From positions 21,211 to 85,210 of the forward strand of contig JAUQPW010000004.1 of assembly GCA_030550175.1 (NCBI GenBank): a stretch of 64,000 nucleotides of DNA, in the 5' to 3' direction. A program made the translations under genes and the position numbers. Of the stretch, positions 52,255 to 60,720 are shown piece after piece (the first letter of the stretch is position 1; each line of letters starts with the position of its first letter). This DNA is from a bacterium (GTDB lineage Bacteria; Moduliflexota; Moduliflexia; Moduliflexales; JAUQPW01). The notes under the pieces are model-generated. The model ran no database searches and was not told the DNA's origin. It worked only from the letters and a program-made list of their open reading frames with translations.

Positions 52255-52623
52255 ATGATAAAAATCATTGCTTATCAAGGTCCCCGCGGGGAACTTACTC
52301 GAGACTACCGGGAATGGATCGAGTCGGTATGTAAATATCTGGTGGAGAATCCGGAAGAAGCCGGAAATATTATGTATACGGAAGATGCTTTGCATATCAT
52401 GGATGAATTGATGGATAATGAAGATTACGATCCGGAGGAAATCCAGCCTATCTTAGAGAAAATAGCGGATATTGCCCATGAAAACAGGTTTATTATTTCT
52501 CGTGTTCCCATAAGTTGGGAGGAGCAGAAAACAGAAGGTGAGATTGACAACTGGGTAGTTGAAATGAATGCTCGAAACTATCTGATGGAATTGGATGAGG
52601 AATTAGATGAGGATTTAGACTAA
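52255..52623 (+). CDS. acidic hypothetical protein
   Basis: 122 aa, Asp/Glu-rich; SD GAGG; upstream TTGACA-16-TATCTT. Confidence 0.7.
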   Translation: MIKIIAYQGPRGELTRDYREWIESVCKYLVENPEEAGNIMYTEDALHIMDELMDNEDYDPEEIQPILEKIADIAHENRFIISRVPISWEEQKTEGEIDNWVVEMNARNYLMELDEELDEDLD

Positions 52624-52625
52624 AC

Positions 52626-53246
52626 ATGCCGACTATTTTTACCCATGCCATTGTTGGCTACGGTCTGGCCCGATTGGTAACTAGCTCTTTTCAGGTTAGA
52701 GATCAATATGGGCTTTTATCCGCGGTCTTACCGGTTATTCCCGATCTGGATGCCCTTCTTATGCCCTGGATTCCTTATTCCCACCCCTTAGGTCATCGCG
52801 GATTCAGCCATTCCCTGTTTTTTGCTGGAGTTCTGGCCCTGGGAGCTTCCCATTTTCCTTCCAAAACTGTCCCGGTTTTCTCCTCGGGATGGTTGGGATT
52901 GGTTCTATTTTATTGGGGGATCACTGTTTCCCACGGGGTTCTGGATGCCATGACAGATGGAGGGCTTGGAATTGCCTTTTTCGCCCCCTTTGATAATACC
53001 CGGTATTTTCTACCCTTCCGACCCATTCCGGTCGCCCCCCTGGGTATTTCTTCTTTTTTTTCGAGCCGGGGTTTGCAGGTTTTCTGGATCGAATTTGCTC
53101 TCTTCTGGTTCTTTGCTCTGGCCATGATCGTCTGGAGTTGGGAAAGCCTCCCTTTACAAAAGGTCCTGGGAAGTCTGTTGATTTTAGCCGGAATAATAGC
53201 CTGGGGCTGGCGAATCAGACAACTACATCGATCTTTTCATCTTTAA
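52626..53246 (+). CDS. membrane-bound metal-dependent hydrolase (YdjM/YbcI-like)
   Basis: TH, PDLD, HRGFSHS, SHGVLD..T.GG.G. Confidence 0.88.
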   Translation: MPTIFTHAIVGYGLARLVTSSFQVRDQYGLLSAVLPVIPDLDALLMPWIPYSHPLGHRGFSHSLFFAGVLALGASHFPSKTVPVFSSGWLGLVLFYWGITVSHGVLDAMTDGGLGIAFFAPFDNTRYFLPFRPIPVAPLGISSFFSSRGLQVFWIEFALFWFFALAMIVWSWESLPLQKVLGSLLILAGIIAWGWRIRQLHRSFHL

Positions 53247-53426
53247 TTTCTTGTTTTAAGTTTCTTGATCCTGGCGATTACATGATAGAGATAAAGCCAG
53301 ATCCGACAGTATAAAAGCCTGCTCCTGGGATCTGATACCATTAAGCAGGCAGCCCCTCCCTTCCCTCCCACATGCAGGGAGGGTCAGGGTGAGGCCAGAA
53401 GATGGTTCTCCTTACGTCGTCTAAAC

Positions 53427-53484
53427 CGTAGGGGCAGCCCTTGCGGCTGCCCTATTTAAGGGCGACCGGCGTGATTGCCCTGCA
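53427..53484. repeat. GTAG-type REP doublet
   Basis: GTAGGGGCAGCCCTTGCGGCTGCCC followed by a degenerate inverted partner. Confidence 0.6.
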
Positions 53485-53511
53485 GGTTAAAGAATATTTT
53501 TACTTAGAATG

Positions 53512-54729
53512 TTATTTCTTGCTGGCATCGATAACCTCGCCGAACAGAACCCATCTCTCTCCGTTAAATTTACCTAGTTGTAACTGCTCGATGGGATAAA
53601 AATCTGTAGGGCTGGTATTGATCTTGATCCCGGGCAAAAGCATCGGCAACTCCAGATCCTTGATATTTGCCGCCTGACGCATGATGTTCTCCCGCGTCAG
53701 GTCATCTCCGGCCTGTTTTAATACGTGGATGAGGGTCTGGGCTACCGTGTACCCGTAAACATTAAATAAATCGTGAACGTTCCCCTCGGGATAGTACTTC
53801 TCCATCCATGTCAGCCACTCTTGCCGACCCGGATCGTCCTTCCATTGGGGATCATCTGGATCCTTCAAATAGAAAGAAGAAATGATATCCTTAGATGCCT
53901 CGAGACCGGCCGGCTGAAGCACGGATCCTACAGAGTTCGATACGTTGTTCAGGAAGTGGACCGGCTTCCAACCAATATCCGCCACCTTCCGGATCGCCTG
54001 GGCGGCAAATTTGGGTGTGGTTACATTGAATAAGACATCGGCTCCACTGTTTTTCAGATTCACAATCTGGGAATCTATGGTAGGTTCCGTCACCTCATAG
54101 GTTTGCTCCGAAACAATCATCTCCCCGGCCTTCTCACCAAGCCCGTCCTTAAACCCCTTTACATAATCCTTCCCGTAATCGTCGTTTTGGTATAGAATTC
54201 CGATCCTGGCATTGAGCAAATTCTCTAAAATATAACGGGCATAGATCTTCGCCTCGGTTTGATAATTGGGCTGCCAGCCCATCGTCCAGGGATGCCCCTC
54301 GGGATCTCCCCACTTGGTAGCTCCGGTGGCGACAAAGAGTTGGGGTATCTTCTTCTGATTCAGATATTTCCAGATTGCCGTATTGGTTGGAGTTCCCAGC
54401 GTTTGAAACAAAAACAGCACCTGATCCTGCTCCACCAACCGCCGCACCTGCTCCACCGTCTTGGGCGGACTATACCCATCGTCATAACTGATGAAAGTGA
54501 TCTTACGACCGTTAACTCCACCCTCTTCATTAATTTTTTTGAAATAGGCCGCAATAGACCTGCCGATTGTGCCATAGGCCGAGGCAGATCCACTATACGG
54601 ATTGGTATTACCGATTTTAATCTCGGTATCGCTGGCCCCGGGATCGTATTTCCCGGCACTATAAACCAATACACCGATAAGACTGAAAAGTATGAAAATA
54701 ACTCCTAAAACTAGCCTTTTGAGAATCAT
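53512..54729 (-). CDS. Leu/Ile/Val-type ABC substrate-binding protein (orphan)
   Basis: Signal peptide, PYSG.ASAYG, DDGYSPPKT, QNDDYGKD. Confidence 0.88.
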   Translation of the reverse strand: MILKRLVLGVIFILFSLIGVLVYSAGKYDPGASDTEIKIGNTNPYSGSASAYGTIGRSIAAYFKKINEEGGVNGRKITFISYDDGYSPPKTVEQVRRLVEQDQVLFLFQTLGTPTNTAIWKYLNQKKIPQLFVATGATKWGDPEGHPWTMGWQPNYQTEAKIYARYILENLLNARIGILYQNDDYGKDYVKGFKDGLGEKAGEMIVSEQTYEVTEPTIDSQIVNLKNSGADVLFNVTTPKFAAQAIRKVADIGWKPVHFLNNVSNSVGSVLQPAGLEASKDIISSFYLKDPDDPQWKDDPGRQEWLTWMEKYYPEGNVHDLFNVYGYTVAQTLIHVLKQAGDDLTRENIMRQAANIKDLELPMLLPGIKINTSPTDFYPIEQLQLGKFNGERWVLFGEVIDASKK

Positions 54730-55216
54730 AACCTCCTCCCTTTTACCTTAAAGTGAGATAGTTTCTTCCTCTTTACCTTATACCTTCCCTGCTTCCTATA
54801 GCTGACATGATTTAAAGGAAGCGTCAAGACAAATATCTCCAACTTCCTTTATTTTGACATTTTCCCCCGGCTATCTGCCATCAAAGCCCTTGATCCATGG
54901 CCTAGAATAAATAAAAAAATAAGTTTTCTCTTCCTTTCTATTCCTCTCTCTGAGAGTTTTCCTCGATCTCAAGCTTTTTTGATAATCTTCTCCGTATTCT
55001 AAATCGTAGATAATCTCTGCACAAAAAAGCAAAATAATCCAAGTCACTTCGGTCCATAGAAGAAAAGAAAAGATGGCCCCTAACAGGCCGTATAACTTTT
55101 CATAATTCGCCAGACTATTTACTACTTCTCAAGGAAATACTCATTTTTTTCCACACCTTCTATCCACAACTTTGTGGATAATCTTTGGCAACCTCGGTGT
55201 TTGGAGCTTTTTCTTT

Positions 55217-56209
55217 TTATTTATTCTGTTGATTTCCGGTTGATATTCGCTTTAAGGGTGGAATCACGGTCGAGGTGGGGGTTGGAGTTACTTTGGGAGT
55301 CGGGGTTGCCGAAGGGGTGGGGGTGGGAGTAGGCGTTACATCCGGTGTTGAGGTCACCGAAGGGGTGGGGGTGGGAGTGGGCGTCATATCCGGTGTTGGG
55401 GTCACCGAAGGGGTGGGGGTGGGCGTTGTGTTGGAAGTTTGGGTAGGGGTTGGAGTAGGAGTAGAGAGAGACGGTGTTACGGTAGGCGTAGAGGTTGGCG
55501 TAGGGCTTGGCGTGGCCGGATGTGGAGTCGGTGTGGGAGTGGACTCGGAGCGATAAGGAGTTGGGGTTGGTTCCGGTCGGACCGAAGTTGCAGGATTGGA
55601 TAGAACCATTTGGGGAGTTGGTGTGGGAGTGGCAACAGCCGGAGCCGGAATGGGGAGCGAAAAGGGGGATCCTGTAAGGTTATTATGGATGGTGACCGGT
55701 ATCCCATTAACCTCTCCGATCACGTTTTTCTCTCCGTTTATTTTTTCGATTTTACAAAGGATGGAATGATCCGGTTTATTGGGAGTTATATTCACTCCGA
55801 ACTGGAAATCGATATTTTTAGAGGCCTGCATGACTCTTACGATGAAATCTCCAAAGGGAATACCCATAAAGACAAATTCACCGTTTTGCCCGGTAATCGT
55901 ACTACTTATTTCGTTATTTTTTTCATCCAGCAACAGGACCAGAAGGCCGGGAACTCCCACGGTGTTACTTGTATTGATTACGGCCTCGGCAGGATATATG
56001 AAGGTAAAAGCTAAGGCAAATATTTTCTCCAACCAGGTATCTTGAGAGAGTTGAGTTCCGGCATCGGTGATAATTCGACCGTTCAAGGTACCTATTCCGC
56101 TTAGGGGTTCGGTTCCAGTCGGGCTATTCTCGAAATCTCCACAGCCATAAAGTGAAACCACTATGGCCAGGATGAACAATTTTCTACTCAACCCACCTGT
56201 CTTTTCCAT
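55217..56209 (-). CDS. lipoprotein with a beta-sandwich domain and Pro/Thr-rich tail
   Basis: Lipobox LYGC; T...GEFVF..IP.G.F motif; ~130 aa of TPTPTP repeats. Confidence 0.75.
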   Translation of the reverse strand: MEKTGGLSRKLFILAIVVSLYGCGDFENSPTGTEPLSGIGTLNGRIITDAGTQLSQDTWLEKIFALAFTFIYPAEAVINTSNTVGVPGLLVLLLDEKNNEISSTITGQNGEFVFMGIPFGDFIVRVMQASKNIDFQFGVNITPNKPDHSILCKIEKINGEKNVIGEVNGIPVTIHNNLTGSPFSLPIPAPAVATPTPTPQMVLSNPATSVRPEPTPTPYRSESTPTPTPHPATPSPTPTSTPTVTPSLSTPTPTPTQTSNTTPTPTPSVTPTPDMTPTPTPTPSVTSTPDVTPTPTPTPSATPTPKVTPTPTSTVIPPLKRISTGNQQNK

Positions 56210-56241
56210 AACCTGGATGGAGGAAATGGTTGAGAAAGGGA

Positions 56242-57132
56242 TTAAGGAACCGCCTGCTTTTCCTTCGACTTACACAAAGGAAATCCCATTTCTTCCCGTT
56301 GTTTGATGTAAGCTTCTGCACACATTTTCGTAATATTTCGAACTCGTGCAATGAATCCGGTTCGTTCTGTAACACTTATGGCCCCCCTTGCTTCCAGAAG
56401 ATTGAACGTATGAGAACATTTCAGACAGTAATCATAGGCGGCCAGAACTATTTTTCTATCCACAGCTCGCAGAGCTTCACGCTCATACATTTCAAACAAG
56501 CGGAACAGCATATCTACATCGGCGACTTCAAAATTATATCGGGAGTACTCCACTTCACTTTGATGGTGAACGTCTCCATATTTAATACCTGGTGTCCAGA
56601 TTAAGTCAAATACATTATCAACTTTTTGTAAATACATGGCGATACGTTCCAATCCGTAGGTAATTTCGCCCGAAATAGGGAAAAGATCGATGCCGCCCGC
56701 CTGTTGAAAATAGGTAAACTGGGTAATTTCCATCCCATCCAGCCAGACCTCCCAACCCAGTCCCCAGGCTCCCAGGGTTGGGTTTTCCCAGTCATCTTCC
56801 ACAAACCGGATATCGTGTTCCAGGGGGTCAATGCCCAGATTGAATAAACTCTCCAGGTAAAGGTCCTGGAGATTATTTGGAGAGGGTTTCATCAGGACTT
56901 GATATTGGTAATAATGTTGGAGGCGATTAGGATTCTCACCATAACGACCGTCCGTGGGTCTACGGGACGGCTGTACATAGGCCACATTCCAGGGTTCCGG
57001 ACCGAGGCATCGAAGCAGTGTGGCGGGATGACAGGTTCCTGCTCCTACTTCCATATCATAGGGTTGTAGAAGGATACATCCTTTATTGGCCCAGAATCGC
57101 TCAAGTGTTAGAATAACCTCTTGAAAAGTCAT
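56242..57132 (-). CDS. glyQ: glycine-tRNA ligase alpha subunit
   Basis: [45 protein letters not shown]. Confidence 0.97.
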   Translation of the reverse strand: MTFQEVILTLERFWANKGCILLQPYDMEVGAGTCHPATLLRCLGPEPWNVAYVQPSRRPTDGRYGENPNRLQHYYQYQVLMKPSPNNLQDLYLESLFNLGIDPLEHDIRFVEDDWENPTLGAWGLGWEVWLDGMEITQFTYFQQAGGIDLFPISGEITYGLERIAMYLQKVDNVFDLIWTPGIKYGDVHHQSEVEYSRYNFEVADVDMLFRLFEMYEREALRAVDRKIVLAAYDYCLKCSHTFNLLEARGAISVTERTGFIARVRNITKMCAEAYIKQREEMGFPLCKSKEKQAVP

Positions 57133-57205
57133 CCTGAAGAGGAGTCCCGAGTCGGAAGGAAAAACTTCTAACTTCTGACTTCTGGCTCCCGGTTTCTTTT
57201 AACTT

Positions 57206-57949
57206 CTATGGGATATACACTTTGTTCTGTTTCTCGACCTGACAAATACAATTGGGTACGATCGTTGTTTGAATAAATTCCTTTTGGTTCTGGATCAAGT
57301 TTAATCGAATATATTTGCTGGTTACTGTACCCTTATCCAGATAAGCTAAGATCTCCGGCAAAGCCAGTGCAACCAGAGCTTCATTGACGGCTAAAATTTC
57401 TTCTCCTCGATTCCAGTGGATTTCTTCTTGAGGATCCCCGGTATCCAGGTAGCCGGCTGCTCGGCGTAAAGCCCTTTTCCTGTCGGAAACGGGTAACGGT
57501 AACCCCATACAGAAAAGGCATTCTTCCCCGGGGAGTTGGATTCTTATCTGGCCTCCCTTGAAAATGACCTGTCCATTTCGAATGACGATCCCGGCTCCCA
57601 GGTCAAAGAGGGGTACTTTAAAGTAAAGGCAAGCCATGGCCAGGTATTGTCGGGTTTCATTATTATCTACGCAACCAACAACAATCTGATAATCTTGAAA
57701 ATTCTCCGTACAATCCTGGACTTTACTTTGAATTTTTTTCAGAAATCGATATCCGAATACGGCTTCAAAAGCTTCCGTTTTATAAAACCCCACATGTTGG
57801 TCTGTAGTGCCTACCAGCCTGGGAAGGTTAGAGGATTCTATTTTATCGGGTTCTATGACGGCCACATGGATATGTCCCCAGGGCATTAATTTTCGCATCA
57901 GCGTCCAGCCATTTCCACCGAGGCCAACTAATAATAGGTCCAACATCAT
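57206..57949 (-). CDS. E1-like (ThiF/MoeB family) adenylyltransferase
   Basis: GLGGNG, EPDKIESSNLPR, K, GCVDN..TR, PLFDLG, CLFC and C-terminal CIC. Confidence 0.88.
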   Translation of the reverse strand: MMLDLLLVGLGGNGWTLMRKLMPWGHIHVAVIEPDKIESSNLPRLVGTTDQHVGFYKTEAFEAVFGYRFLKKIQSKVQDCTENFQDYQIVVGCVDNNETRQYLAMACLYFKVPLFDLGAGIVIRNGQVIFKGGQIRIQLPGEECLFCMGLPLPVSDRKRALRRAAGYLDTGDPQEEIHWNRGEEILAVNEALVALALPEILAYLDKGTVTSKYIRLNLIQNQKEFIQTTIVPNCICQVEKQNKVYIP

Positions 57950-58036
57950 CTCGATGCAAGGGCATAGAGAAGCGGAGGTATCAAGGTGTTACCTGGTTTC
58001 CGTATCTCTATATCCTTACACCCCTGCGTTGATTGG

Positions 58037-58164
58037 CACACTGTTACCTTAGTTTTGACCTCCTAGGACTACCTTCACTCCCCAACGCCCCTCTCCCGCA
58101 GCGTGGGAGAGGGGCCGGGGTGAGGGCCACTCAAAAGTCAAGCCAAAACTAAGTAAACAGTGTA
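58037..58164. mobile_element. MITE-like element between the JAB and E1 genes
   Basis: Imperfect TIRs CACACTGTTACCTTAGTTTTG / CAAAACTAAGTAAACAGTGTA around a CCCCTCTCCC..GGGAGAGGGG hairpin; homolog at 46826. Confidence 0.75.
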
Positions 58165-58602
58165 TTAGTTCACTATTTTGATCCTTACCGGTTGATAGGT
58201 TTCCTTTAAATAAATCCCGGCCTGATATTCTGTACGTGAAAATAACAGTCGAACAAGGGTATTGTTTTGGATATAATTACCCTCTTTATCGTAGAATCCG
58301 TACCGAGCCAGTTGAGGATGATAGGTGTTATCTATTTTGGAGTATCTGGCTTTTTTAGAAAGGGGATGGGTATGAAAAAGGAACAGATAATATCCTTGAG
58401 CGTGGACCCACTGAAGGTAAGAACCACACTGTTCGGGGTCTATAACGACATGGAAAAGTCCATTATGTTGGATTTTCGTATCCTTTAAAATTTCAACCAG
58501 TTTAAATTCTTTAGATACAGCACCCAGGTAAGCTTTTTCTTTTGGTGACCGAAGTGCCTTTTTAAGGAAAGCCAGATCGGCCCTTGATATTTTAAGGACC
58601 AC
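58165..58602 (-). CDS. JAB/MPN (JAMM) metallopeptidase
   Basis: N-terminal Glu (PKEK) and HTHP-x6-SxxD (FHTHPLSKKARYSKID); GTG start 1 nt after the upstream stop. Confidence 0.82.
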   Translation of the reverse strand: MVLKISRADLAFLKKALRSPKEKAYLGAVSKEFKLVEILKDTKIQHNGLFHVVIDPEQCGSYLQWVHAQGYYLFLFHTHPLSKKARYSKIDNTYHPQLARYGFYDKEGNYIQNNTLVRLLFSRTEYQAGIYLKETYQPVRIKIVN

Positions 58603-58603
58603 A

Positions 58604-59143
58604 CTACCACCATCTCTTTCTCGTTTTCTCTGCCTGTCGCGCGAACCAATGCCAGGCCGCACGTACATATTCCGCTAAGGTAACATCTGCATAGACGTGG
58701 AAACAAGACCAACACCATCCCAGGTCTCCGTGATGGGACTGACGAGAAGTTGCAGGAAAATAATGTTCCCCTAAAAGCCGGCTAAATCCCTCTTCAATAT
58801 GCATGAGGTAATTTTTGACGGCTCCCTTATTTCCGGCTGTAACCGGCAACTCTATCAGTGCATGGGTGACCGGGCTTTCTTTTCCACAGGTAAGGGCCAA
58901 CTCCGCAGGCAATTTCCAGTTATAGAGATAAATGTAGTCAAACCCTTCGATATAAGAACCCTTCTGATCTTTGGAAGTACGTACATCCGCCATGGCATAG
59001 ATCCCTTTGGTCTCGTATGCCGGCAATTCAATGGGATGAGAAAAACGGAAGCACTCTTCGGTACCTATGAGTTTAATCAATTCAAGGTACTGACGATTGA
59101 TCTCCTCAACGTTTTGTCTATACCAGTTAAACAGTTTAAACAC
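58604..59143 (-). CDS. putative prokaryotic E2/UBC-like protein
   Basis: YIYLYNWKLP...ALIELP...GWCWSCFH...TLAEYV pattern resembling prokaryotic E2s; lies between Ubl and JAB; SD GAGGGG before GTG 59143. Confidence 0.65.
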   Translation of the reverse strand: MFKLFNWYRQNVEEINRQYLELIKLIGTEECFRFSHPIELPAYETKGIYAMADVRTSKDQKGSYIEGFDYIYLYNWKLPAELALTCGKESPVTHALIELPVTAGNKGAVKNYLMHIEEGFSRLLGEHYFPATSRQSHHGDLGWCWSCFHVYADVTLAEYVRAAWHWFARQAEKTRKRWW

Positions 59144-59185
59144 AGAACAACCCCTCAAGACTCTACAACAGTCTTACAATCCACA

Positions 59186-59222
59186 TTAACCTTTCAAAGG
59201 TTTTTGACCTTTGAAAGGTTAA
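59186..59222. repeat. perfect 16-bp intergenic hairpin
   Basis: TTAACCTTTCAAAGGT-TTTTG-ACCTTTGAAAGGTTAA. Confidence 0.85.
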
Positions 59223-59261
59223 CGTTACAGAGGTTCTTTAACCGTATAAGTGCCAAGCTGT

Positions 59262-59555
59262 TTAACCCGAGATCACTTGGGGATTGGTGGCGATTTTCAC
59301 ACCTTTTAATTTCTCCGTACTAAAGTTATCGGTCAGTAGCTTAGAAGTAGAATTACCGGTATATTCCGTAACGGTATAATCTTCCGGAACTCCTAAAAAT
59401 TCCTTGAGCTGGCCAACAGTCTTTATAGATTCGGGTACTTCAACCCGCTTACCATTATGAATGATAGTATAAGTACTCCCGGTAGAGGACTCAGATTCTC
59501 TCAGAGGGTCAAAGGGATGGGTATAGGATCTTTCATCATCGATTACCTTTTGCAT
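59262..59555 (-). CDS. putative ubiquitin-like (beta-grasp) protein ending in Gly
   Basis: YTIIHNGKRVEV..KTVGQLKEFLGV..YTV...LLTD pattern; C-terminus NPQVISG-stop; SD AAGGAGG. Confidence 0.72.
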   Translation of the reverse strand: MQKVIDDERSYTHPFDPLRESESSTGSTYTIIHNGKRVEVPESIKTVGQLKEFLGVPEDYTVTEYTGNSTSKLLTDNFSTEKLKGVKIATNPQVISG

Positions 59556-59615
59556 ACAGGTACCTCCTTAATTTTGAAGAATAAACCTATTACCAAATCA
59601 TCAAGGCTTATTCTA

Positions 59616-59644
59616 AAGGTATCACAATCCCTATACGCTGTCAA
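59616..59644 (-). promoter_or_regulatory. sigma70-type promoter of the Ubl operon
   Basis: TTGACA-17 nt-TACCTT with an extended -10 TG. Confidence 0.65.
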
Positions 59645-59657
59645 TCAAATATTACTT

Positions 59658-60428
59658 CTAACCTTGGGCTAATCTTCTTATGGAATCTAAAAATTCTGGA
59701 GCCTTCAGAGGAACCTCCAGATAGAAATCCAACCATCTCCTTAAAAGCATCTTGATTTCCCTTTGAGCATCTTCAGAAATCCTGAGTCGAGGGCATTTTT
59801 CTAAGTCCATCTTCAAAAGTTGTTTTAAGATCTGAAGTGCTTGTAAGGAGGTTGGAAAAACCGGGTTTCCTTCCCCGGTACATCCTTTACAAAGGCCACC
59901 TCCTTTAGATAAGCTGAATAAAACCCGAGGGGTATTTAAGGGGTTTCGGCATTGCGCACACCGATCCAAAACGGGGCTATAGCCGGACAGGGTCAGGAAT
60001 TTAATTTCAAAGGTTATAAGAACCTTATCCATTTCCTCTTCGGGATATACCACCATCGCTCTCAACGCCTGGGTCATTAAATCATATAGCGGAGGGCTTT
60101 CTTCGTTTTCACCCACACCTTTATCTACCAACTCAACTAGACTGGCTGCTGAAGCGAGTTTCCGTAAATCTCCTCTCAGTTCAGAAAACGACTCGATAAT
60201 ATCTGCCTGACCGATGTTAGGAAAGGTGTAGGTTTCCTTTTCAAAGAGGTTCACCTGGACCCGAGTGAATAACTCCAGACTACTCCCAAACCGATTTTTC
60301 AACTTTCTCGATCCTCGGGCTATCCCTCTCAATTTACCGAAGGACTTTGAATAAAAAACAATGATTTTATCGGCCTCGTTAATATCGAAAGACCGGATTA
60401 CAAACGCTTCTGTCTTTTTAAAACCCAT
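59658..60428 (-). CDS. recO: DNA repair protein RecO
   Basis: EADKI..YSK.FGK...ARG.RK, LE.F, GY.P.L..CxxC...GG.LCxxC. Confidence 0.93.
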   Translation of the reverse strand: MGFKKTEAFVIRSFDINEADKIIVFYSKSFGKLRGIARGSRKLKNRFGSSLELFTRVQVNLFEKETYTFPNIGQADIIESFSELRGDLRKLASAASLVELVDKGVGENEESPPLYDLMTQALRAMVVYPEEEMDKVLITFEIKFLTLSGYSPVLDRCAQCRNPLNTPRVLFSLSKGGGLCKGCTGEGNPVFPTSLQALQILKQLLKMDLEKCPRLRISEDAQREIKMLLRRWLDFYLEVPLKAPEFLDSIRRLAQG

Positions 60429-60490
60429 GAGATTTATTTTAAAAGGGATAATTGCCTGATGCAAGAAAAATTTTTATTGAAGGTTTTCAT

Positions 60491-60519
60491 TGACCGAAAG
60501 ATAATAAGTTGCTAGAAGA
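60491..60519 (+). promoter_or_regulatory. sigma70-type promoter for acs
   Basis: TTGACC-17 nt-TAGAAG with an extended -10 TG. Confidence 0.45.
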
Positions 60520-60720
60520 GGTTTTAGTGGATTTAATTTCTCGTAAAGGTGCAGAGAGGATCAGGTGGAAGCGGAATAATCCTAGGGCTTCAAGCCAAGA
60601 CCGATGGATACTTCCTGGTTCTCATCGGGAGAATGGTATTAAAGGATCGAAACAGCTCCACTTCGACTAGGCGTCCTTTGCACTTTTGTGAGAAGTTCTT
60701 CGTATAAAGGAGGAATCTTC

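Noticed and set aside
55275..55556. Gly/Val-repeat ORF on the plus strand
   Set aside because: Antisense shadow of the Pro/Thr tail; the other short overlapping ORFs in the track were likewise treated as shadows
57950..58167. JAB-E1 fusion split solely by the MITE
   Set aside because: The JAB TAA lies outside the element and the E1 frame has a stop at 57989-57991, so removing the element does not restore a fusion
58603..58668. ORF-track N-terminal extension of the JAB gene (and similar extensions at 34161-34220, 35798-35830, 60429-60464)
   Set aside because: They overlap neighbouring genes, repeats or promoters; downstream starts fit better
57206..59555. Thiamine/molybdopterin/cysteine sulfur-carrier locus (ThiS-ThiF-JAB)
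   Set aside because: No thiG, moaE or cysM nearby, the small protein ends in a single Gly rather than GG, and an E2-like gene intervenes; disfavoured but not formally excluded
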